Source: a virus
IMG/VR virus record: IMGVR_UViG_3300040801_001486
Span: 1-36,643 of that record
Length of the DNA stretch: 36,643 nucleotides
Reading direction: 5' to 3' (one strand)
The translations under genes and the position numbers were made by a program. The notes below the pieces were generated by a model. It had not been told where the DNA came from and did not search any database. It was given only the letters and a program-made list of their open reading frames with translations. Below are positions 23,653-33,067 of this stretch, piece after piece (position 1 is the stretch's first letter; each line of letters opens with the position of its first letter).

Positions 23653-25039
23653 CGTGGCGTCTGGCCTGCTGCCGCATCAACGGCGCTTCATGTCTCTGGC
23701 GATGCAGCCCGACGTAGACAACGCCGGGCTGATCGGCGGTTTCGGCTGCGGTAAGACGGTGAGCGGGTGCCGCCTGGCCATCATGCTCGCGTACGCCAAT
23801 CCGGGCCTGCCGGGGCTGTATGCTTGTCTGGACTACCCGATCCTGAAGGACGCGATCCTGCCCGTCTTCGAAGCCGAGCTCCACAAGCTGGGCTTCTACG
23901 AGGGCATCGACTACACGATCGATCACCGGCAAGTCTGCACGTTCCACACGGCGCGCAATGCCGAGGGCGTTGAATCCGTCGTGTACTTCCGCCCGGCAGA
24001 CGGTGCCCGCAATCTCCGCAAGCTCGTCTCGAACACATACGCATGGGCCGTGAAGGACGAATCGGGCCTGTACACCGAGGACGCGCACCGCAAGATCGAA
24101 GAGCGCGTGCGCCACGGACAGGCGTCGGTGCGAATCATCGCCGACGTGACGACTCCCGAGGGCCTGGGGCCGTTGTACGATACCTACGTGACGGCTCCTC
24201 GAAAGCGTGCGGCCGCGCGTGGCGTGGATGGGCTGTGTGAGGACGAGCCGAACCGGCTCGTGCGTGGCCGCACGTACGACAATCCCCACCTCGATACCGG
24301 CTACGTGACTCGGCTGCTCGATCGCTACGATCAGCGGCTCGTGAATGCGTACCTGGAGGGCCACTTCGTCCCGATGGACGAGGGCTTGTGCTTCCGCTTC
24401 GAGGAGTGGACGCACGCGACGGTAGAGGCCGAGTACGACGAACACCTGCCGATCTGTCTGGCGTGGGACTTCAACGTCAACCCGATGTCGGTGACTTTGA
24501 ACCATGTGAAGCCTGCGGGTGCGGGTGTGGACGTGTGGACGTTCGATGAGATCGTGCGCCCGACGTCGCACACTGAGGACGCCTGCATGGCGTTCCTCGA
24601 AGGCGCGACAGCCTCGGGGCGCGGGTACGCGGATCACGTCGGCGGCATTCAGATCTACGGCGACGCCAGCGGGCGCAGCCGATCGACGAAGGCCCATCTG
24701 ACGGACTACGACATCATCGCCGACCAGCTCGGGCACCTGCCGGACTATCGCGAGATGTTCCCGCTGCACAATCCATCGCAGCGCGAAAGCATCAACACGT
24801 TCAACGCCCTGCTCCGCAACGGCCATGGGGAGACGTCCTACCGAATCCACCCGCGTTGCGTGGAGACGATCAAGAGCTTGCAGACGACGCGGTACGACGA
24901 TCGCGGCGGGATCTACAAGGGCGAGGACAGCTACGAGCATCTGACGGACGGCCTACGGTATCTGGCGTGGGAGGCCGCACCGATTCACGACACGTTGCGG
25001 CGCGGAAGCGAGCGGGCGAGGGGGCGGCGTCGTGTTTGA
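23630..25039 (+). CDS. terL: Terminase large subunit
   Basis: 469 aa. Walker A is GGFGCGKT. The C-terminal nuclease-type region includes WDFNVNPMS and IYGDASG. The portal gene follows. Confidence 0.9.
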   Translation: MTTATTTDVASGLLPHQRRFMSLAMQPDVDNAGLIGGFGCGKTVSGCRLAIMLAYANPGLPGLYACLDYPILKDAILPVFEAELHKLGFYEGIDYTIDHRQVCTFHTARNAEGVESVVYFRPADGARNLRKLVSNTYAWAVKDESGLYTEDAHRKIEERVRHGQASVRIIADVTTPEGLGPLYDTYVTAPRKRAAARGVDGLCEDEPNRLVRGRTYDNPHLDTGYVTRLLDRYDQRLVNAYLEGHFVPMDEGLCFRFEEWTHATVEAEYDEHLPICLAWDFNVNPMSVTLNHVKPAGAGVDVWTFDEIVRPTSHTEDACMAFLEGATASGRGYADHVGGIQIYGDASGRSRSTKAHLTDYDIIADQLGHLPDYREMFPLHNPSQRESINTFNALLRNGHGETSYRIHPRCVETIKSLQTTRYDDRGGIYKGEDSYEHLTDGLRYLAWEAAPIHDTLRRGSERARGRRRV

Positions 25040-26504
25040 CGAATTCGCAGCGGGCGGCATGTATCCGCGTCCCGAAGACGCGAAGCGCCTGGAGCGGTAC
25101 CGCGTGGCGCGGTGCATTCGTGACGGCCGCCACGCAGATCTGCCCGAAGCCAAGCGCGCTCGCCTGAAGCTGCGCGACTCGAATCGGACGGCGGGGCCGT
25201 TGGGCCTCAAGGGCGAGGGCATCGTCTTTTTCGTGTACAACCTGCCGTCCCTGATCGTGCGCAAGCGCATCCAGCTCCAGATGCTCCAAACCCCGCTTGT
25301 CCTGATCGACGACAAGGACGCGGAAGAGGACTTCCGGGGCGAGCTGCGGGACGGCGTGCCGGAGCTTTGGGCCCGCATCAAGGACGGGCTGGAAGACTCG
25401 TATTGGTACGGGGACGGCCTGCTGACGGTGACGAAGGGGGCGGACGGCGGCCCGCTGGACGTTCGCAGCGTGGACCCGTCGCGCTGGTTCCCGGTGATTG
25501 ATCCGAACGATCCGCTGAACGTGCTTGCACATCAGTTGGCGTGGATCGAGGACCACGACGAGGGCCGGGAGTCCGTCGAGTTTCTGCGTGTTGACGTTTG
25601 CTACCCAGGCCGCATTGAGCGCCGTGCGTTTCGTTTGAAGGGCAAGACGGCGGCCAGTGGCGACGGGCAAGAGATCGCCGCCCAGGTGGATCTCGGGCTG
25701 CACTGGGAGGGCCTCGCGGAGATCGACGAAGCGCCGGAGCTGGACGGCCTCATGTCCTGCGTGCATCTACCGAACGGCCGCCTGCACTCCTATTCAATCT
25801 TTGGCCGTCCTGAGTTCAGCGACTCCGAGGGCCTGCTTCACGACATCGACTGGCGCTTGAGCACCTGGAGCGAAGCGAACGATCGGGTGGCGCATCAGGC
25901 CGAGATCGTGGACAAGGCTTGGCTCGGCAAAGACGAGAACGGCGCGACGTACACGACGAATCCCTACCACCGTCAGTTCGTGAGCCAATCTGCAGGACGC
26001 ACGGCGGAGTCGGCGTTGCCTGCGTATCGCGAATACAAGTACCAGGCGGACGCGCTGGAAGCCCAGTTCAACGCGGCCATTATGGCGTTGCTGATCCGCC
26101 ACGAGACGGCACCCTCGCTGTTGGGCTTGGAGACGGGCAAGCAGCGCGAGAGCGGCGAGGCGAAGGCCCTGGGCATGTCAACGACTGAGGCGCGCGCCCG
26201 CGAGGATCTCATGGTGACGGCACCGCGCGTCAATCGCCTGCTGACGGCGGCGGCTCGATTGAGCGGGCGTGCGGTGGACGTTTCGACGCACTGGCGCGTC
26301 GGCCTGCCGAAGACTGAATCACAGATGCTTCAAGAAGTGCTCGCGAAGAAGAACGCGGGCCTGATGACGAAGAAAGACATGCTCGAGGCGCTGGAGCCTC
26401 ACCTGACGGACGAGCAGATCGAGGCGCGGCTGGCCGAGTTGGAGGCCGAGCGCGAGGCGGATCTGGCGGCGATGGATTCTGACTTCACGGCCCGGATGGG
26501 CTGA
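25032..26504 (+). CDS. Portal protein (by size and position)
   Basis: 490 aa with a GTG start that overlaps the TerL stop. It has an acidic helical C-terminus and precedes the scaffold and capsid genes. Confidence 0.7.
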   Translation: MFDEFAAGGMYPRPEDAKRLERYRVARCIRDGRHADLPEAKRARLKLRDSNRTAGPLGLKGEGIVFFVYNLPSLIVRKRIQLQMLQTPLVLIDDKDAEEDFRGELRDGVPELWARIKDGLEDSYWYGDGLLTVTKGADGGPLDVRSVDPSRWFPVIDPNDPLNVLAHQLAWIEDHDEGRESVEFLRVDVCYPGRIERRAFRLKGKTAASGDGQEIAAQVDLGLHWEGLAEIDEAPELDGLMSCVHLPNGRLHSYSIFGRPEFSDSEGLLHDIDWRLSTWSEANDRVAHQAEIVDKAWLGKDENGATYTTNPYHRQFVSQSAGRTAESALPAYREYKYQADALEAQFNAAIMALLIRHETAPSLLGLETGKQRESGEAKALGMSTTEARAREDLMVTAPRVNRLLTAAARLSGRAVDVSTHWRVGLPKTESQMLQEVLAKKNAGLMTKKDMLEALEPHLTDEQIEARLAELEAEREADLAAMDSDFTARMG

Positions 26505-26554
26505 CCCGACGCCGGGGCACGGGCGAAACACCCAACGCGGGGGAACGCGCGACC

Positions 26555-27190
26555 ATGACCGAAGAGACGACGACAGCGACGAACGAAGGCACCGAGGGCA
26601 CGGGTTCGGCACCCGATACCAATGCCGCAACGCCTGACGGTGACACGACGGAGAAGAACGCGGAGGCGGGGCTGAAGGCCGCGCTCGCTGCGGAGCGCAA
26701 GAAGCGCCAAGAGGCCGAGAAGGCCGCGCAAGAGTTCGAGGAGTTCAAGCGCAAGCAGGCCGACGAGGCGGCGCAGAAGGCGAACGACGTCGAGAAGTTC
26801 AAGACGGAACGCGATCAGTACGAGGGCGAGGCGAAGCAGTGGCGCGAGTACGCCACGAAGAAGCTGGAAGCCATCGGCGAATCGCTGGATGAAGTCGGGC
26901 AAGGCGTCCTCGATGCGCTCGGGGATGACGTGAGCCTGGCGAAGCGGTTGGCGATCGCGGAGCAGTTGTCGTCGCAGAAGAAGGCGGAGCCCGGATTCGG
27001 GACGAAGGGCGGGAAGTCATCGGATGAATCTCATGGCTTGATTCCGTCCGAAGCTCGAACGAGCCGGGCTGCATACGATCAATGGCTTGCAGGGATCACG
27101 GCTTCGGGCGATCCGGCCCAGATGTCCGTGCTGCTGGACAGCAAGAAGCGACAGCAGCTCGAGCGCGAGGCCCGCGAGCTTTTCGGGTAG
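26555..27190 (+). CDS. Scaffolding protein
   Basis: 211 aa, highly charged Ala/Glu/Lys helical sequence, directly upstream of the capsid gene. Confidence 0.65.
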   Translation: MTEETTTATNEGTEGTGSAPDTNAATPDGDTTEKNAEAGLKAALAAERKKRQEAEKAAQEFEEFKRKQADEAAQKANDVEKFKTERDQYEGEAKQWREYATKKLEAIGESLDEVGQGVLDALGDDVSLAKRLAIAEQLSSQKKAEPGFGTKGGKSSDESHGLIPSEARTSRAAYDQWLAGITASGDPAQMSVLLDSKKRQQLEREARELFG

Positions 27191-27228
27191 TAACACGGCC
27201 GCAATGCGCGGCAAGGGGGGGTTGAACA

Positions 27229-28176
27229 ATGGCGCGAGGTGCAGCGAACACGACCAGCACTCAGGCTGATGCCATTGATGTAGTCGGCGCGGCGGCCGGG
27301 ATCGCGGCGAACAGCTATTTCCAGTCGGCGTTCTTGCAGATCGCAGACTCACGGTCTGGGGATCGTAAGCGCAACTACATCATCGAAGGCCCGATGACGT
27401 TCGAGGCTCAGTCGAGCGAGGGTGTGGCCAACGAAGAAACGCAGTACGTGCCCACGAATCACACGGTCACGTGTGCGGTGAACGTCTGCGACGCGATCTT
27501 GACGCAGGAAGCGTTGAAGGACGGCCGCACGAGCGGTCGCAGCCTTCAGGAGCAGGTGATCAACAGCGGAACGCAGGCTTACGTGAAGTTCGTCGATGCG
27601 TCTTTCGCTGCTCTGTACTCGAAGGTCGAGGACACCGGAACCGATCATGTGATCGGGACCAGCTCGTCGGCGCTCTCTGCGGCTTTGATTGATGAAGCCA
27701 TCAACCTGCTGCTGACCAAGGGCCTCAAGACGCCCTACGCGCTCGTGATCAAGACGAGCCTGTTGCCGCAGCTCTTCGCCATTCCTGGTATGCAGGACTA
27801 TCGCGTGAAGGGCCAGGACGGGCCGGGCGGCATCACGGACATGACGATCGGAAACAGCCCGCGCGTGATTGCGGGCTACGGCGGCGTGTTGGACATCTAT
27901 CACAGCCCCGAGATCGACACCTCCAGCGGCACGCACAACCTGATGGTCGCAGTCGGCAATCAGCCGGAGCACCGCAGCTTGGTGAACCCGTGGACGCCGG
28001 TCGAGTCGGATCGCGGCGTGTCCAGTCAGAAGTTGTTTGTTGATCCGAACTGGGAAGGCGACAGCCGTGCCCTCGAGATCAACATGACCACCATCGAAGC
28101 GTTCAAGCTCCGCGACACGGACTCTGCGGCGGCCTCGACGTACGCGGTGGACATCGTGACCAGCCCGGCCAGCTAG
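27229..28176 (+). CDS. Major capsid protein (HK97-fold expected)
   Basis: 315 aa. It follows the scaffold gene and is followed by a strong hairpin. Confidence 0.75.
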   Translation: MARGAANTTSTQADAIDVVGAAAGIAANSYFQSAFLQIADSRSGDRKRNYIIEGPMTFEAQSSEGVANEETQYVPTNHTVTCAVNVCDAILTQEALKDGRTSGRSLQEQVINSGTQAYVKFVDASFAALYSKVEDTGTDHVIGTSSSALSAALIDEAINLLLTKGLKTPYALVIKTSLLPQLFAIPGMQDYRVKGQDGPGGITDMTIGNSPRVIAGYGGVLDIYHSPEIDTSSGTHNLMVAVGNQPEHRSLVNPWTPVESDRGVSSQKLFVDPNWEGDSRALEINMTTIEAFKLRDTDSAAASTYAVDIVTSPAS

Positions 28177-28196
28177 ACCGGGCACAACCTAGGGTC

Positions 28197-28228
28197 CGGG
28201 TGGGCGGCTAGTGATGGCCGCCCACCCG
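28197..28228 (+). terminator. Strong GC-rich hairpin after the capsid gene
   Basis: CGGGTGGGCGGC (28197..28208) pairs with GCCGCCCACCCG (28217..28228). 12-bp stem, 8-nt loop, no U-tract. Confidence 0.6.
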
Positions 28229-28282
28229 CAACACGGGCGGCTTATCAATGGCTGCCCGCCCGCAAACCACGGAGGGCGCAAC

Positions 28283-28597
28283 ATGGCGCTGAACCCTGCA
28301 CAGGCCACGCTCAAGGCGGCGGCGATCACGTACCTTCAGGCGTGGGAGACGTACATCGACACGCTCTCGGCGGGCGATGAGATCCGCGTGTGCGGTCTTG
28401 ATGTCGGAGACTCTGCTCTGGGCGATCGTCTGCGGACTGCATCGGCCGCGAACGCGACCGCAACGGGTGACAAGGTCTGCGGCCTTCGTCACATCGAGGA
28501 CGGCGAGACGGTTTTGCAGATCCCGAACCCAGGATGGCAGATCATCCCGCTGGCGTACTTCGCGACGAACGCCAACAACGACACGGACGGTGAGTAA
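28283..28597 (+). CDS. Hypothetical head-module protein
   Basis: 104 aa from ATG 28283 with GGAGGG upstream. In frame with track ORF 28211..28597. Confidence 0.6.
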   Translation: MALNPAQATLKAAAITYLQAWETYIDTLSAGDEIRVCGLDVGDSALGDRLRTASAANATATGDKVCGLRHIEDGETVLQIPNPGWQIIPLAYFATNANNDTDGE

Positions 28598-28917
28598 TGG
28601 CTCGGGGTGACAAGAAGACGGTGCAAGCCTACGCCGACGCCGACACGTACCACGAGAAGCGCAAGCGCGCTGCCGTTGCAGCGGGCACGCACATCTGGAT
28701 GTTCAACGCGGCCGGGCTTCCGACGGCCATTCGGGACGATCCAGACGTGATCAAGAAGAAGTTGAGGCAGGGGTACACGATGGCGGACGTCGTTGAAGAA
28801 ACGATCACCCGCCCCGTGTTCCGTCGTGCTGACGCTGAGCCGGCCGCCGCCGAAGCTCCGAAGCCGAAGCGCGGGCCGGGCCGTCCGAAGAAGGCCGAGA
28901 CGAAGGACGGTGAGTGA
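28597..28917 (+). CDS. Hypothetical protein with a C-terminal AT-hook-like motif
   Basis: 106 aa with KRGPGRPKK near the C-terminus. TAATG overlap. Confidence 0.65.
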   Translation: MARGDKKTVQAYADADTYHEKRKRAAVAAGTHIWMFNAAGLPTAIRDDPDVIKKKLRQGYTMADVVEETITRPVFRRADAEPAAAEAPKPKRGPGRPKKAETKDGE

Positions 28918-29423
28918 TGGCCAGCGTGGGCGACATCTGGAGCCGTGACAATTCGATCTTCAAGTATGTGAGCGCGTCTGAGGACTTCAGCACGTACTCG
29001 AACGGGCTGACGACGTTCGCGGAGCTGTCTTGGGATGAGCCGCGCCCGCTGCGTCACATGCTGCTGAATGCGTACCGCCCGACGGCGCTGGCCAACGGCG
29101 CGGCGTCGGCGATGTACGTGCAGTTCAAGCGGAATCACAAGGGGGCCGACTTCACGAAGGATTGGTCCAACTTCTACTACATGACTCAGAACAACGCGAC
29201 TCCGGTGGCTGGCAGCACCACCACGGGCTTCTCGTGGACGAACATCAACAAGGTGGCCAACGGCAGCGCCGTTGCGTTCTCGTACCACAGCCGCCCGAAC
29301 CTGCTGGAGCCGTCCGTTCCCGTCATCGCGTTTGGAATCCGCATGGTGGTGAATCGCAACGCAGCTGACACGACGCTGGCGGGCGTTTGGGAGGACATCT
29401 ACATGGGCGCGGTGTTCGAGTAG
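28917..29423 (+). CDS. Hypothetical structural-module protein
   Basis: 168 aa from ATG 28917 (TGATG overlap). The track lists GTG 28914. Confidence 0.65.
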   Translation: MASVGDIWSRDNSIFKYVSASEDFSTYSNGLTTFAELSWDEPRPLRHMLLNAYRPTALANGAASAMYVQFKRNHKGADFTKDWSNFYYMTQNNATPVAGSTTTGFSWTNINKVANGSAVAFSYHSRPNLLEPSVPVIAFGIRMVVNRNAADTTLAGVWEDIYMGAVFE

Positions 29424-29432
29424 GAGGACGCA

Positions 29433-31454
29433 GTGCGGTACGGTTTGGCAGTTGCAGTCTTGGCGGCGCTCGTGCTTGCAGGCCCGAGCGTTGCCGACTT
29501 CCAGAACGAAGATCCGAACATGCAGCGGGCGATCCTGGACAAGCCGGACGATCGCACCTTCTACGACTTCGCGCCCAATAAGCCGACATCACCGCAGCAG
29601 GTGGCGGACGCGATCCCGCGCGTCTACGTGCGGTTTGACGACAACCGTATGGGCGTTGACCCAGACAATCCCGTGAAGCAGCAGGTGGCGGCCTACCTTC
29701 GGCGCGGCTTGCCTGTGGCGCTCGCGCTCAACGGCGGCCTGATCGACGACGCCTGCGGCGCTGTCGGCGGGAAGATGTGCTGGGAAGACATTCGCGACTT
29801 GCAGCGGTTCGCCGAGCGCAACGGCACGGTGCTCCACCTGATGCAGCACACGAACTACAACATGGCCAGCGCGGATCTGTCCACGTACGTGTTCGACCTC
29901 ACGCATGACGAGATCGTGCAGGAGTTCCGCGTTGACGAGATCATGCGCGAGACGGGCTACCGTGTCCGCATGGCCGTCTTGCCGGGTGATCCGGGGCGGC
30001 AAGAGTTCTATCGGCGCAACCGTGAATACGTGCAGAGCGTGTGCGACTCGCTGGGGATCTGGTTCATCAACTCGCTGTCGGGTGCGGACTCGGTGAGTAC
30101 GGCCAACTTCAATCCCGCCGCGATTCCCATGGATCTGTTCTCCGGACAGTCCAACAACTTCCGGCTGGGCGGGCCGACGATCAGTCAAGCGCGGCCGTCG
30201 TTGGGCTTGCGGCGTTCCGAGATCCCGAGCGGCATCACGGACATCAGCGGGGCCGTCGTCGTTGAGCGCGTGGCATCTGACCTGGACGACTACGCCGCGA
30301 GCTTGTACGGCAGTCAGCCCGATGTTTTCTACAAGTACGGCCGCGAGGACCAGACGGGCGTAATCCCGCCGAGTCACGACGAGTGGACGCTCACCGGCAA
30401 CGGCAACGACGCCTCGACGGTGGGCTACACGAAGACGCTGTGGCACTTCATTACGACGCGCCTGGCGAACAACTACGGCTTCGCAATCGTCGGGCACGAT
30501 TCAACGACCGGCTCGGCCAGCTCGACGCTGGGCTACGCGAACGGCGGGTGGAGCCACGAGCACGTTGCGTGGGTGCTCGCGATGCTTCAGAAGAAGGGCC
30601 ACATCAAGGTTGTCGGGCCGGAAGAGTGGGCGCTGTGGGCAACGGGCGAGTACGCACCCGGCGTTGACTTGATCTCGAACCCGAGCATGGCCATCCCGCA
30701 GTACGACGTCGGCGATACGCTCGGGGCCACGAGCGAGTACCCTTGGCCGCGCGGCTTCAGCGCGATCGGCACGCAGGCCGGGGCGCAGCCCACGACGACG
30801 AGTTGGTATCGGGATATCCCCGTAGAGCAGACGGGCAACGTGGCCAAGTACGAACGCGGCGTGGCCGGGAGTCCGTACAGCGCAGTCGGCGACAGCGTGA
30901 CGGGCGTGCGTGGCCGTCGTGGCGGGTTCTTCGCCGATGGCTCGACGGTGACTCAGCTCAACATCGGCCAGGGCAACCTGAAGCCGGGGCGCTATCGCTT
31001 CTCCTTTGCAGTGAAGCCCGACACCACGCGGTTCACGCTGAACGAGATGCACATCGGCCAGAAGCTGCGCGGGTATCTGCTGAACACGAGCATCGAAGCG
31101 AACTTCGCTCCGTCGTACCAGGACACGCTGATTCGGTACATGTGGAAGGACTCCGACGTGTACTCGACGGTGCCCGACGTCGCGAAGCGCGAATGGTCGG
31201 ACGTCGTCATCCCGTTTGAATTCCCGGCGGGCTACATGGGATCGGGCACGGGCTCGGATGACGGCGTGAACGTGTACGGGCAGAGCGACGAGGCGACGGG
31301 CCAAACGCTGTTCCAGCCGTACGCGAACGCGGGCGCGGAGTTCTTGCCGCTCGTTGGATCGGCGCGGTGGGGGTTCACGCTGTTTTTCAGTACGGCACCG
31401 TTCGGTGGCTCGTTCACGATCTCGAATCCGCGACTCATCTACCTGGGGGACTAG
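29433..31454 (+). CDS. Large protein with a signal-peptide-like N-terminus and a possible NodB/CE4-like carbohydrate esterase region
   Basis: 673 aa, GTG start with AGGAGG upstream. The N-terminus is MRYGLAVAVLAALVLAGPSVA. The segments VYVRFDDN, GLPVALALNGG, WEDIRDL and HLMQHT loosely follow the polysaccharide deacetylase motif order. Confidence 0.55.
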   Translation: MRYGLAVAVLAALVLAGPSVADFQNEDPNMQRAILDKPDDRTFYDFAPNKPTSPQQVADAIPRVYVRFDDNRMGVDPDNPVKQQVAAYLRRGLPVALALNGGLIDDACGAVGGKMCWEDIRDLQRFAERNGTVLHLMQHTNYNMASADLSTYVFDLTHDEIVQEFRVDEIMRETGYRVRMAVLPGDPGRQEFYRRNREYVQSVCDSLGIWFINSLSGADSVSTANFNPAAIPMDLFSGQSNNFRLGGPTISQARPSLGLRRSEIPSGITDISGAVVVERVASDLDDYAASLYGSQPDVFYKYGREDQTGVIPPSHDEWTLTGNGNDASTVGYTKTLWHFITTRLANNYGFAIVGHDSTTGSASSTLGYANGGWSHEHVAWVLAMLQKKGHIKVVGPEEWALWATGEYAPGVDLISNPSMAIPQYDVGDTLGATSEYPWPRGFSAIGTQAGAQPTTTSWYRDIPVEQTGNVAKYERGVAGSPYSAVGDSVTGVRGRRGGFFADGSTVTQLNIGQGNLKPGRYRFSFAVKPDTTRFTLNEMHIGQKLRGYLLNTSIEANFAPSYQDTLIRYMWKDSDVYSTVPDVAKREWSDVVIPFEFPAGYMGSGTGSDDGVNVYGQSDEATGQTLFQPYANAGAEFLPLVGSARWGFTLFFSTAPFGGSFTISNPRLIYLGD

Positions 31455-31456
31455 CT

Positions 31457-31960
31457 ATGGCCCTCGTGACGGAAGTAGCGGGCGCATCGTCAGACTCGTA
31501 CGCGAGCGTTGCCGAAGCGGACGCACTGCTCAGTTGGCGAGACTCCGATGCGTGGGAGAACGCCGACGACGCGACGAAGGAGAGCGTCCTGAAGGCCGCC
31601 GCGCGGTACTTGGATCGCAACCTGTACTGGCGTGGCGCGAAGGCGGACAGCGATCAGGCGTTGCGCTTTCCATCGGAGTACCACGTCGATTCGTCGGGCG
31701 ACTTCGTGATTCCGGACCGCATCAAAGAAGCGCAGGCCGTTTTCGCGATGCGGTTGCTCGAGGACCCGGACTTGATGTCCGGAGGCGGCACGGTGAAGCA
31801 GGTGGGCGTCCCTGGCGGCTTCAATGTCACCTTCGGCGGCGAGTCGGGCACGAGCGGATCGGGCGTGCCGGACGAAGTGCTGGCGATGGTGGACCAGGAC
31901 TTGTGGAAGTCTGGCCCGAACTACACGCAGTGGGATAGCGCCCGGCGAGGGTGGGTGTAG
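31457..31960 (+). CDS. Head-tail adaptor (Ad1 / DnaT-like family pattern)
   Basis: 167 aa from ATG 31457. SYASVAEADALLS…W…ATKESVLKAAARYLDRNLYWRGAK…QALRFPS matches the pattern of this adaptor family. Confidence 0.65.
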   Translation: MALVTEVAGASSDSYASVAEADALLSWRDSDAWENADDATKESVLKAAARYLDRNLYWRGAKADSDQALRFPSEYHVDSSGDFVIPDRIKEAQAVFAMRLLEDPDLMSGGGTVKQVGVPGGFNVTFGGESGTSGSGVPDEVLAMVDQDLWKSGPNYTQWDSARRGWV

Positions 31961-31963
31961 TCG

Positions 31964-33067
31964 ATGGCCATCGCCCAGCGCATCTTGGATCGGTACATCG
32001 AGCGGCGCGCGTTCTTGATTCGTTACGAGAACAGCGTGGCGCGTGATGTGCTGGCCTCGATGCGGCGGGGCGAGGAGCAGGCGCTGGGCGCGATCGCTTC
32101 GGCGCACGCGGACTTCCTGGCCGCTGGTGGCGATCCGAACGAGTGGAGCGGCGAGGGCGTGAAGCTGCGCCGCCGTGCGCTTCGGCGTGTTCGTGCGGCG
32201 CTGGATGACGTCTTTCCCGAGGCCCGGAAGTCTCTGCGCGTTGCGCTCGAAGAGCTGGCGCAGGACGAGGCCGAGGCCTTCGCGGACATTCTGGCGGACT
32301 CGATGCCGGACGATCTCGTGGACGAGCTGGAGCTTTCGAGCGTGCCCGAGCGTCAGCTTGCCCAGATCGTGGACAATCAGTTCGCCGAGCGGCTGGAGGG
32401 CACGGCCGCCCGGTACGCCGACGCCTTCGAGGAAGTCGGGGACGCAGCCATGCGGCGCGTGAACGCGGCCCTCGTCGATGGCGTGCGGGACGGCCGATCC
32501 ACGGACTCGATCGTTGCAGCGGTGCGGCGCGTCGTGGGCGTGGGCGAGAATTCGCCGACGCGGCGCGACGCCGTGACGTTGGTGCGTACGTCCATCCAGA
32601 CGACGGCGAATGACGTGGCCGCGCAGGCGTACCGCGAGAACGACGACATTGTGAAGGCCGAGGATTACGTGGCGACGCTCGACGATCGGACGTGTCCGAT
32701 CTGCGGCCCGCTGGACGGCACCACGCACCCGCTGACGATGAAGACGACGCCACGCCCGCCACGGCACCCGAACTGCCGGTGCTTCAAGGTGCCCGTCATG
32801 AAGACGTGGCGCGAGATGGGCTTTCCCGACACTCTCAGCGATCAGGCGAAAGAGCTATTCAACGGACGCCCGGCTGAACGGCGGACGTGGGGCGATTGGG
32901 TACAGGCGAATCCGGATCGGCTGCGTAACGTCCTCGGGCCGCGCCGTGCGGAACTGCTCGAGCGGGGCGACATGCGTTTGACGGATCTCACGAACACCCG
33001 TGACGCGCTGACGTTGAAAGAGATCAAGGCCCGCGTGCAGCGGCGTGAACGGAGGGCGGCGGCGTGA
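31964..33067 (+). CDS. Head morphogenesis / minor capsid protein (SPP1 gp7 / Mu F-like)
   Basis: 367 aa. The signature near the C-terminus is ATLDDRTCPICGPLDG…PPRHPNCRC. Confidence 0.85.
   Translation: MAIAQRILDRYIERRAFLIRYENSVARDVLASMRRGEEQALGAIASAHADFLAAGGDPNEWSGEGVKLRRRALRRVRAALDDVFPEARKSLRVALEELAQDEAEAFADILADSMPDDLVDELELSSVPERQLAQIVDNQFAERLEGTAARYADAFEEVGDAAMRRVNAALVDGVRDGRSTDSIVAAVRRVVGVGENSPTRRDAVTLVRTSIQTTANDVAAQAYRENDDIVKAEDYVATLDDRTCPICGPLDGTTHPLTMKTTPRPPRHPNCRCFKVPVMKTWREMGFPDTLSDQAKELFNGRPAERRTWGDWVQANPDRLRNVLGPRRAELLERGDMRLTDLTNTRDALTLKEIKARVQRRERRAAA

Noticed and set aside
23402-24940. 512-aa ORF on the minus strand opposite the large terminase gene
   Set aside because: It is entirely antisense to a + strand gene with clear terminase motifs. 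The translation is Arg/His/Val-rich with no recognisable motif, which is typical of spurious antisense ORFs in high-GC DNA.
31490-32767. 425-aa and 311-aa minus-strand ORFs opposite the adaptor and SPP1 gp7-like genes
   Set aside because: The + strand carries the diagnostic DDRTCPICG…HPNCRC motif. The minus-strand translations are Arg/Pro/Ala-rich artefacts.
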